From a virus (taxonomy: Duplodnaviria; Caudoviricetes), in IMG/VR virus record IMGVR_UViG_3300027790_000014, positions 1 to 39,682 of that record: a stretch of DNA of 39,682 nt, one strand, 5' to 3'. The first letter of the stretch is position 1, and each line of letters opens with the position of its first letter. The position numbers and the translations under genes were made by a program. Shown piece by piece: positions 1 to 7,251 of the stretch. The notes beneath the pieces were generated by a model. That model had not been told where the DNA came from and searched no databases. It saw only the letters and a program-made list of their open reading frames with translations.

Positions 1-127
1 CAACAATTCCGGCATTTATTGTAAGCAACCCAGTGACCGGGTCTTTGTAGCACTGCCCGATTTCACAAACTCGACTAGAGGCAGAGTAATATTTGGTTTT
101 ATGATCTTCAAGGGTAAAGTTAGGCGG
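1..127. repeat. Terminal direct repeat, left copy (assembly overlap of a circular contig)
   Basis: Bases 1-127 are identical to 39556-39682. The length matches a common assembler k-mer, and an ORF reads in frame across the junction. Confidence 0.95.
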
Positions 128-277
128 TAGCATTTCTCCTCTGTGAATTTTCTCAACATCCACAGCAGAAACCCTATAGCGGTTCAAAATTTCATGGGTT
201 TGTTTATCGTGAATTTCAACCAAACCCCACGCTGTAGAATCGTTTGTCAGTTGCAATGTTGTCTTAAGAAATTCCAC
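1..277 (-). CDS. Hypothetical protein, 139 aa, N-terminal part (continues across the circular junction to 39413)
   Basis: GTG at 277 after GGGAGA. Reads MEFLKTTLQLTNDSTAWGLVEIHDK... without a stop through the junction. Not in the ORF track. Confidence 0.8.
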   Translation of the reverse strand, partial: MEFLKTTLQLTNDSTAWGLVEIHDKQTHEILNRYRVSAVDVEKIHRGEMLPPNFTLEDHKTKYYSASSRVCEIGQCYKDPVTGLLTINAGIV

Positions 278-279
278 GG

Positions 280-1065
280 TTAATTCTCCCAAAAATTAAG
301 TCCTTCTAGAACGTTTTGATCATCTCCTAGGATATCATCCACCGGAAAGACTCTGTGTTCTATTTTTTCACCGATATCGTGTAATCCAGCGCTGCCATGG
401 TAATAATCATTTTCGAATATCGTTTGCATCACATATGGCACAGGATAATCAAAACGTGGTGACCCTATATAATCATGAATCAGATCTAATTCGCTTTGAG
501 GATTTTTCGTAAAGCGATCATAATCCACAATATGGACTTTATCACCGTGCCCTCTTGCAAACAAATCTTGCATCCACGACATAGCAATGCCAGTCGGTTG
601 ATCGAAGCGTAACTGGTAGTGGATACGCCCTCTACGTGTAGCGCACTGTGCACGATGCTCATCTGTCATATTGTCATGGCGCAAATAATTCTGACGCCAA
701 AGCAATTCCCAAGAGGCTATTATTTGCTTTATATCCCTGACACAAAAAATCATCTTGGTATTGGGGAACGCTTCCTCCAATAATTCAAAATAATGAGGCC
801 AACCGCGCGATCGATCGAATATAAAAGATTCTTCACGATGGGAATAGGCCCCCTCAATTATCCCACGAAGGGCACCTAATTTTTTCTCATCATCAGGGTT
901 AGCCAAAAAACAAGGGTTTTGGTCCCACGCCTGCCTTGCGGCTGTGACTACATCAATAATGCCACTAGTAGGTGATACGTGGAAATCAAGATTTTGGTTC
1001 AAGGCATTGGCTAAGAGGGTCGAACCACTTCTAGGTAGCCCCGCCATGAACACAAAATTTTTCAT
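280..1065 (-). CDS. Sulfotransferase family protein (PAPS-dependent, P-loop fold)
   Basis: N-terminal GLPRSGSTLL 5'-PSB loop, VRDIKQIIASW 3'-PB-like motif, and a YDRF..NPQSELDLIHDYIG segment. Confidence 0.85.
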   Translation of the reverse strand: MKNFVFMAGLPRSGSTLLANALNQNLDFHVSPTSGIIDVVTAARQAWDQNPCFLANPDDEKKLGALRGIIEGAYSHREESFIFDRSRGWPHYFELLEEAFPNTKMIFCVRDIKQIIASWELLWRQNYLRHDNMTDEHRAQCATRRGRIHYQLRFDQPTGIAMSWMQDLFARGHGDKVHIVDYDRFTKNPQSELDLIHDYIGSPRFDYPVPYVMQTIFENDYYHGSAGLHDIGEKIEHRVFPVDDILGDDQNVLEGLNFWEN

Positions 1066-1066
1066 A

Positions 1067-1576
1067 TCAACCTCTTTTGTAATTCAAGCCGGAGATATTA
1101 CCGCTACTATCTCTGATAACTTCAGCGCCCTGAATTGTTTCGATATTATCGATTCTATCACCAATGGTTTCAAGAGCTTTTGTACTTGCTATCTGAGCAG
1201 CGGCAAAAGATTCAGCTAGAGTCGTAATTGATTCCATCACAGCCTCTATTGTTGAATTAATATCAGCCATATGGACATCAAGTTTTGCTGACGATGCTCT
1301 ACTGGACTTCTCAGTTACTTCAGCGGTACTTTTTGTTAGCCCTTCGATGGATTTTTTTAGCAACTCAATCGCGCTATTAATCGACTCAGACTGCTTGTTC
1401 CCATTTTCAGCAACGCCAGCTATTAATTTGAGCAACTCAGTGTTTCGTTGTTCAATGTGCTTCGCCACTTCATCGCTTATGATCGGAGAAGGAGCCAAAG
1501 AGATTATTTCCTTTCTCTTTTGAAGCTCCCTTCTGGCCAGCTCAGCTCGGGCTTGACTCTTCATCGCCATTGGCAA
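1067..1576 (-). CDS. Hypothetical coiled-coil protein overlapping the portal 3' end
   Basis: 169 aa ORF, tightly coupled to its neighbours, with helical heptad-like composition. Confidence 0.7.
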   Translation of the reverse strand: MPMAMKSQARAELARRELQKRKEIISLAPSPIISDEVAKHIEQRNTELLKLIAGVAENGNKQSESINSAIELLKKSIEGLTKSTAEVTEKSSRASSAKLDVHMADINSTIEAVMESITTLAESFAAAQIASTKALETIGDRIDNIETIQGAEVIRDSSGNISGLNYKRG

Positions 1577-3668
1577 TCCTCACGAGTTGTTCTGTCGACA
1601 TGCTTCTAATTTCTTGAACTGTTTTAGCGGTGTCGGCTTGGATCTTCTCAACATTCGCACCAGTTTCTTGCGCTTTAGTAATCGCCGTGAGCCTCTCATT
1701 TTCGGCCCTCAATTGACTATTTTGAGCATCCAATATGAGTTTCGTTTTCTCGATCTCAACCTTCTGGGCGTCAATTTTAACTCGTTCAGCGTTGAGAGTC
1801 AATTCTTGCTGCTTGATCTGTTGAGCCATGATATCAGCTTGAGCTTTCTTCTCTTCAGCCATCGCCAACACCATTTCTGGTGAAGGTTCTTGGGGTTGAT
1901 TAGCAGCTTCAGCACGGGCCTTCTCGATTTGTTCACGCTCTTCATCAGTCCACTGGGACTCAGGAATGATACCTGCATTGATGAGTTGAATACGTTTCCG
2001 CTCTGCAATGACATCAAGACCCGGAGCATTGGTGTTCTTCAACAGAACATCGCCACCTTCGGTGATAACAGACGGATCAAGTTGTGCCATTTCAGTGATA
2101 GCCGCAACAGACTCTTGTTGACGACTGCTGAACGATTTACCGGCACTACACGCAACATTATAACGAGCACGTGATAGATCATTGATCATGACAGGTGTTT
2201 TGGTTTCTTCATCCATCACAACCTGATTAACGATCTCAGTTGAAACAGCACCGTCTTCACCGACCAAACGGATCTGGCGTTGAGTATCGTAAACCTTAGG
2301 AATAGCATCAATCAGAATACGTGCTGTGTGGCAAATCGCCACTTCCTGAGCTTCGAAATACTCATACGTGCCAGTGTCACCTCGTTCTTGCAATGCTTCA
2401 ATAGCGACGCCAGACTGAAGGCCGGGGTTATCGCCCATCGAAGCATTGAACAGACCAGAACCTTGAGTGATATCATCACGCGCTGCCAGTGCTGTGCCTT
2501 CTAACGAAGGATTTACTTGAGGTGGCCCGCCTTTATATGGCGGCGGAGCTTTAGGATCTGGTTTATAGAATTGAACAGGATCAGCGTTGGTATTCATCGT
2601 GCGAAGAGAGTCTTCATGCCCAGCTGCCTGCGCTTCCGTCATCCAATACTTATCACGTGGAGACAGTGCGCCTTCTTCGATCTGACGAGATCTAGCATAG
2701 TTATAAATACGCTGAGCATCCAACAGCTTTTCAATCGCGCCGTGATAGATTGTTTTGTTCTCGGTCACGTTATAATTGGCATAGGTCGGAATGATAGGAA
2801 TCCAACTGAATACCGTTTCGCGTTCACCTCCTAGCCAATCGCCACCATCCAGCTTGCGGGTTTTGACTACTCGATCTTGGCGAGTACGACGAGCTTTTTC
2901 CGTGATGCCAGCTTCTGCCAGCTCATCTTTAATAGGCTCTAGATCGTCTTCACGATAGACAGATCCGTCATTCATCTGGATAAGAACAACGGGCACCATT
3001 TCAACCCAGTAAAATTCAGCGACTGTTACGGTGTCAGCCTTATTGGTGTAGACGTTGGCAGTTCGGTCTACCGCAATGCTGAGACCAGACCCCTCTGGCC
3101 ATTTCTTTTCATATTTTTTGCGATCGATAGGAACCAAACGTACTGCCCATTTGGCATCTGAACGGTCACGTTCTTTTGCGTCTGGATCGAACCAGACTGA
3201 ATTTACAAAATCATAGATAGGCTTGATGAACAAATCTTGGTCAAATGATTCATCATCGGCCCAATCTTGTTTCACCATCCAACCGTCAATACCAGTACCA
3301 ACCATGTTTTTGGCGGCATAGCTGTAGATATGAGTGGCTTTAGATAGATTCTCAATGTTACGAATCATGCCAGACATTAGTTTAGCTGATTCATCATCAG
3401 CGTAACTGTTGGCTGGATCGATTTTAATAGCGAAATCAGCTTTTTTCAGTTCGCCAGTGATCTGGTTAACGATAGGGTTGCATTTGTCCAGAGTATAACG
3501 AGGGCGTCTTGCGGTGCCAAATTGCCGCCAGATTTCTGGCTCCCATTGACCGTCACGCTTATCAAGAAAATTACGGGCTTCACGGGCCTGCTCTCGCTCA
3601 TCGGTGTCTACCGATTGGGCGTCCTTGATGAGCATCAAAACGTCACTATGTTCGTTAAAATCTGGCAT
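1542..3668 (-). CDS. Portal protein, P22 gp1-like
   Basis: 708 aa, directly after terL. GQW..RPRYTLDKCNPIVNQITGE, DAQRIYNY and SGVAIEALQERGD motifs, and a long C-terminal coiled coil. Confidence 0.9.
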   Translation of the reverse strand: MPDFNEHSDVLMLIKDAQSVDTDEREQAREARNFLDKRDGQWEPEIWRQFGTARRPRYTLDKCNPIVNQITGELKKADFAIKIDPANSYADDESAKLMSGMIRNIENLSKATHIYSYAAKNMVGTGIDGWMVKQDWADDESFDQDLFIKPIYDFVNSVWFDPDAKERDRSDAKWAVRLVPIDRKKYEKKWPEGSGLSIAVDRTANVYTNKADTVTVAEFYWVEMVPVVLIQMNDGSVYREDDLEPIKDELAEAGITEKARRTRQDRVVKTRKLDGGDWLGGERETVFSWIPIIPTYANYNVTENKTIYHGAIEKLLDAQRIYNYARSRQIEEGALSPRDKYWMTEAQAAGHEDSLRTMNTNADPVQFYKPDPKAPPPYKGGPPQVNPSLEGTALAARDDITQGSGLFNASMGDNPGLQSGVAIEALQERGDTGTYEYFEAQEVAICHTARILIDAIPKVYDTQRQIRLVGEDGAVSTEIVNQVVMDEETKTPVMINDLSRARYNVACSAGKSFSSRQQESVAAITEMAQLDPSVITEGGDVLLKNTNAPGLDVIAERKRIQLINAGIIPESQWTDEEREQIEKARAEAANQPQEPSPEMVLAMAEEKKAQADIMAQQIKQQELTLNAERVKIDAQKVEIEKTKLILDAQNSQLRAENERLTAITKAQETGANVEKIQADTAKTVQEIRSMSTEQLVRIANGDEESSPS

Positions 3669-3669
3669 C

Positions 3670-4974
3670 TTATCCCCAGCCTGAGAAGTCTATTTTCTTA
3701 GATTTGTTTGGTTGTGGTTCTTCATATACTACGCACATTAAGCCAAATGAATCGGCACCGTGGCTTGACCAATCATGACAAGGGCCAAGGCCGATGTCTC
3801 TGTGCTCATCTTTCTTTTCGTGGTACCAACTAAGGGCATCGATACCGCCTTCGCATTTCTCTTGGTCAATCCATATTCGAGGGAACAACCGGCGTCCTTC
3901 TTCAATACGCAACTTAGCTGCGCCTTTGCCTTGGTTTGGTACCACTTCCACTTCATAACCAGCGGCGATCAAGGATGATTCATAAGAAACATCAAATACC
4001 TTGTCATGAGTTGACCCATCATGTGGCAACCAGATTTTAGTGCGATCTGGTGTATAACCTTCGCCTCTCATCCACGCTAAATGGGTAGCAAGGTCTTGGC
4101 CTTGGGCCTCGTAGTAATTTAGAACGCGAATTTCGCGGCCTATGAATTGAGCTGCCCAGATAGTGAATGAATCCGCTTTCGCGCCTGTGCCGCCGATATC
4201 AACAAAAAGGCGGACAGTGAACATCGGGTCTTCAAATAGACGAGTTAGTCGCCCTTCATTCTTGGCTTGCTGTAGGCGTTTAGCATAATAAGCACCATCA
4301 ACAATCTGAACATAGCCACCATCCCAAATATGGTCATATTCATCTGGGTTGTTTCGTAGGCAGTCTTTGCGTTCTTGCTCCAGCACTGCTGGGAACCAAG
4401 GATTATCATTCCAGTTAGCACGGGTTATAATAGAACCGGTAGGAGGCGTGTTACCTCTAAATAACTTATCGACTGGATCAATTTTTAGTCGTGGGTTCCA
4501 GCTCATCCAGATTTCGGATTCAGGTGCCCGAATAGTAGGACGCAATAACCTTAAACTGTTACTGGAAAGGGTCTGTGCCTCTTCACCCCAAGCCCGTTTG
4601 AACCCTTCAAGGGACTTGATTGATTCTGCTGTGTGGTCTTGCATACCCTGAAAAATGATAACACCATCGCCGGGCGTTGCTATTCGATCAGTGAAAACCT
4701 TGAACCCGTCCTTTTCGCCTAGGCCAAACTCATTTAGTTTAGCTTCTAATAGACGTTTAGCGGAATCCTTCAGTGATTTTTGCACCTCACGAATACAAAC
4801 TGATAGCAATCCTTGGCCACCACAAGCACCGGGTTCATAAAGGCTATCATCGATCAGTTGCTCACCAAAAAAGTGAGATTTGCCTGATCCCCGACCACCA
4901 TAAGCGGCCTTGTATCGGGAGGGTTCTAATAGCGGGGCAAAAACCTTAGCTACTTTTCGCTGTAGTACTGTCAA
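3670..4974 (-). CDS. terL: Terminase large subunit
   Basis: YGGRGSGKS Walker A, AWGEEAQ Walker B, SWNP motif and C-terminal HDWSSHGADSF nuclease motif. Confidence 0.95.
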   Translation of the reverse strand: MTVLQRKVAKVFAPLLEPSRYKAAYGGRGSGKSHFFGEQLIDDSLYEPGACGGQGLLSVCIREVQKSLKDSAKRLLEAKLNEFGLGEKDGFKVFTDRIATPGDGVIIFQGMQDHTAESIKSLEGFKRAWGEEAQTLSSNSLRLLRPTIRAPESEIWMSWNPRLKIDPVDKLFRGNTPPTGSIITRANWNDNPWFPAVLEQERKDCLRNNPDEYDHIWDGGYVQIVDGAYYAKRLQQAKNEGRLTRLFEDPMFTVRLFVDIGGTGAKADSFTIWAAQFIGREIRVLNYYEAQGQDLATHLAWMRGEGYTPDRTKIWLPHDGSTHDKVFDVSYESSLIAAGYEVEVVPNQGKGAAKLRIEEGRRLFPRIWIDQEKCEGGIDALSWYHEKKDEHRDIGLGPCHDWSSHGADSFGLMCVVYEEPQPNKSKKIDFSGWG

Positions 4975-5608
4975 CGATCACGCGCTCAATTGTTTGAATT
5001 GGATTGCCATCAGGATCGCCAACGCCGATCTGATCACGGAATGCTTGTACTTCAACATGCTTGCCAACCAACTCCAATGCCCGGAGTTTGTCATACGTTT
5101 TGATCTTCAGTTTATCAACTGGATAGGTATCTTCACCTTTACCACGATTTATTTCTTCGACCGTGTATTCTTGGATGCAATACCAATCGTCATCATCAGC
5201 ATCGCTAAAGTCATAAACAGCATTGCCATGACTATCAACTTTAATAAACTTACGAATATTAAAATCAGCCAGTAGCGAAGCTCGACGCAATACCCATTCA
5301 GCATCAATCGTAGCTTGCTCGAATTTAAGTGCTTGCTCGACTTGAGATTCGACGAAATCTTCGATAGCTTCTTCAATACGAAGGTTAGCACGTTCAATAG
5401 CTTTTGCTTGAATATGTTCAATGACGGCTTTAACTTTTGGATTATTGAACACCTTGTAGCAAGAAGACTGTTGAGTCTTTTCATTTTGGCCCGGTACTGG
5501 ATACGCAGTGCGGTAAGCCCGCATTTTGTTACCATGGCGTATGTACTCCATCACCAAATCTTGCTGTTGGTCAGTCAATGTAGACCAGACGTTGGCACTG
5601 TCATTCAT
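4946..5608 (-). CDS. terS: Terminase small subunit
   Basis: LTDQQQDLVMEY..GNKMRAYRTAY HTH-like N-terminus and KIKTYDKLRALELVGKH motif. Overlaps the terL start. Confidence 0.85.
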   Translation of the reverse strand: MNDSANVWSTLTDQQQDLVMEYIRHGNKMRAYRTAYPVPGQNEKTQQSSCYKVFNNPKVKAVIEHIQAKAIERANLRIEEAIEDFVESQVEQALKFEQATIDAEWVLRRASLLADFNIRKFIKVDSHGNAVYDFSDADDDDWYCIQEYTVEEINRGKGEDTYPVDKLKIKTYDKLRALELVGKHVEVQAFRDQIGVGDPDGNPIQTIERVIVDSTTAKSS

Positions 5609-5613
5609 TCTTT

Positions 5614-5646
5614 CACGCTACCGCCCCTGCAGGTTCCTACAGTGGC
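5614..5646 (-). promoter_or_regulatory. ops element (5614-5625) in a JUMPstart-like context
   Basis: The minus strand reads GCCACTGTAGGAACCTGCAGGGGCGGTAGCGTG, with an exact 12-nt ops preceded by the hairpin CTGTAG-GAAC-CTGCAG. It lies between rfaH and terS. Confidence 0.92.
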
Positions 5647-5670
5647 TCCAATTAATCAATTTGTTTTGAC

Positions 5671-6162
5671 TTACAGAAAATCAGCGTTATTTGCTATTAT
5701 CTTCTGTTGTCCGCCTAGCAATCCCATTAAAAGCATTGAACGGGTCTCCCCATCTGGCTCTTGGTAAATCGCTTCAACTCCAGCAAAAGGACCTTTGTTT
5801 ATGGTCACTGTATCGCCTTTGTTTGGTCGTATTGAGTTGATAGGCTCTCTGGTTTGGTGTCTTTCTTTTAGTTGGTCGATCAGTCTTTCGTCGACCTTTA
5901 TTAGCTTGTTACCAAATGTAACTAACTTACTGACACCGAAACTATTGTTAATTTTAGCAGCGCTTGTTATCGCCGGGTCAAACTTCACGAAAACGTAGTT
6001 TCTAAAAACTGGTTCAAGCTCGGTGGTTATTTTGCCTCGTTTAAGCTTTTCTACCACCACCTTTGGATTGAAAGTTTCAATCATCTGGCTTAATAAGTTG
6101 TTTTCCGCTTTGTCCTGTTCACCGAAACCAGTTTTTGTTTTGACAGCGTACCAGTTTTCCAT
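5671..6162 (-). CDS. rfaH: RfaH-like transcription antiterminator (NusG family, NGN plus KOW)
   Basis: 163 aa and colinear with E. coli RfaH as recalled: WYAVKTK, EKLKRGK..EPVFRNYVFVKFDP, GVSKLVTFG, GDTVTINKGPFAGVEAIYQEPDGETRSMLLMGL. Confidence 0.9.
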   Translation of the reverse strand: MENWYAVKTKTGFGEQDKAENNLLSQMIETFNPKVVVEKLKRGKITTELEPVFRNYVFVKFDPAITSAAKINNSFGVSKLVTFGNKLIKVDERLIDQLKERHQTREPINSIRPNKGDTVTINKGPFAGVEAIYQEPDGETRSMLLMGLLGGQQKIIANNADFL

Positions 6163-6192
6163 AATCGGCTTTATTTTAAGATTGTACTGGTA

Positions 6193-6222
6193 ATTTTACC
6201 ACAAAGTGGTAGGTTTTGTCAA
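6193..6222 (-). promoter_or_regulatory. sigma70 promoter driving rfaH and the late operon
   Basis: Minus strand TTGACA-18nt-TAAAAT with extended -10 TG. The spacer contains the palindrome TACCAC-AAA-GTGGTA. Confidence 0.75.
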
Positions 6223-6282
6223 GTATTTCATATTAATAATTTGGCGCAGTGGTTGTAACTAAAAGTCAGAAACATTAAACTA

Positions 6283-6311
6283 TTGACAGTTGCGTTCTGC
6301 TGTGTTATAAT
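6283..6311 (+). promoter_or_regulatory. sigma70 consensus promoter, first early promoter
   Basis: TTGACA-17nt-TATAAT with extended -10 TG. Divergent from the rfaH promoter. Confidence 0.88.
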
Positions 6312-6369
6312 AGAGTTTAGAGGTTGGGGCAAACAGTTCCGACCACCGATAGCGAAGAGAAATTAAAAA

Positions 6370-6810
6370 ATGACTACTGAAATTAAAGTTGGTGCTAAAG
6401 TTTCCTGCCCTGTGACTGATACTGAAGGCGAAGTTAGCTTTCGCATCGGTAAACTGACAAATATTAATAGCCGTTACGCAACTGTGGAGTGCGGTGATGG
6501 CGAAATCATCAAGGTTGGCAAGACTAAAATCGAACTTTTAGAAGAACCAATTAACGAAGCACTGACTACAGCTGCTAAAGGGCGTAAAAGTCGTCACCAT
6601 TATAAAGAATGTCGTGCTTATAGTGGTCGCAAATCGCTGGACAATGGTGACAAGACTGCTCTGTCACTACGTGGCAAGGAGCTTGGTGAGGTTTACGAAA
6701 TAGCTTCTGAGATCCTCGAAGAGTCTGTTGAGGTATTGATGAGCAAATATTCGCACCTTAATCCGGGACAACAAAGAATGTGTCTTGGAAACCGAATTAG
6801 GAATACTTAA
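6370..6810 (+). CDS. Hypothetical early phage protein
   Basis: 146 aa, first ORF after a strong promoter. C-terminal YSHLNPGQQRMCLGNRIR motif resembles other phage hypotheticals. Confidence 0.8.
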   Translation: MTTEIKVGAKVSCPVTDTEGEVSFRIGKLTNINSRYATVECGDGEIIKVGKTKIELLEEPINEALTTAAKGRKSRHHYKECRAYSGRKSLDNGDKTALSLRGKELGEVYEIASEILEESVEVLMSKYSHLNPGQQRMCLGNRIRNT

Positions 6811-6889
6811 TAGGGCCTCAGAAAGTGCAATTGAGGGAGTCCAACAGGGCTTCCTGAATACTTGACAACATACCCTCCGGTGTGCGTAT

Positions 6890-7135
6890 ATTCGTGAAAC
6901 TTTCTCGTGAAACCCACATATTTGCTCATTGTCTCCGAATATACACACCCCAAAAATTCGCGTCGGACGGGGCCTCTGGAGGGGGTGTGTGTCCCTGTGC
7001 AATGTGAGATATAACTTGCTCTAACCTTTCCCGGTTTTTTCGAGAGTTTCTGGGGAAACTCCCTTTTTTTTCCAAAAAATTTATAAAATAAAAATAATAC
7101 ACCTACCACATATTTCCCCAGAGGCCCCGTCCTTC
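6890..7135. other. Putative replication origin or cis-acting non-coding region
   Basis: A 15-bp perfect inverted repeat (6965-6979 / 7118-7132) flanks an A/T tract. Short direct repeats TCGTGAAAC x2 and CCACATATTT x2. Immediately upstream of the primase-helicase. Confidence 0.4.
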
Positions 7136-7189
7136 GGGCGCTTTGTTGCGTAATAGTTCCGTCTCGAACCGTCACACTGCCTATCACAC

Positions 7190-7218
7190 TTGACAGACTC
7201 CAATCATCCTGTTATAAT
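7190..7218 (+). promoter_or_regulatory. sigma70 consensus promoter for primase-helicase
   Basis: TTGACA-17nt-TATAAT, extended -10. Confidence 0.85.
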
Positions 7219-7251
7219 GGTCCTCCACAATACAAATAGAGTATAGTCATT

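Noticed and set aside
1-127. Biological direct terminal repeat
   Set aside because: The length equals a typical assembler k-mer and it falls mid-gene. An assembly overlap is more likely.
123-134. Second ops-like sequence GGCGGTAGCATT on the + strand
   Set aside because: It is antisense to local transcription, lacks the final G, and is explained by Met-Leu-Pro-Pro codons of the junction ORF.
6862-6892. Additional promoter TTGACA...TATATT
   Set aside because: The 19-nt spacer is suboptimal and no gene follows directly.
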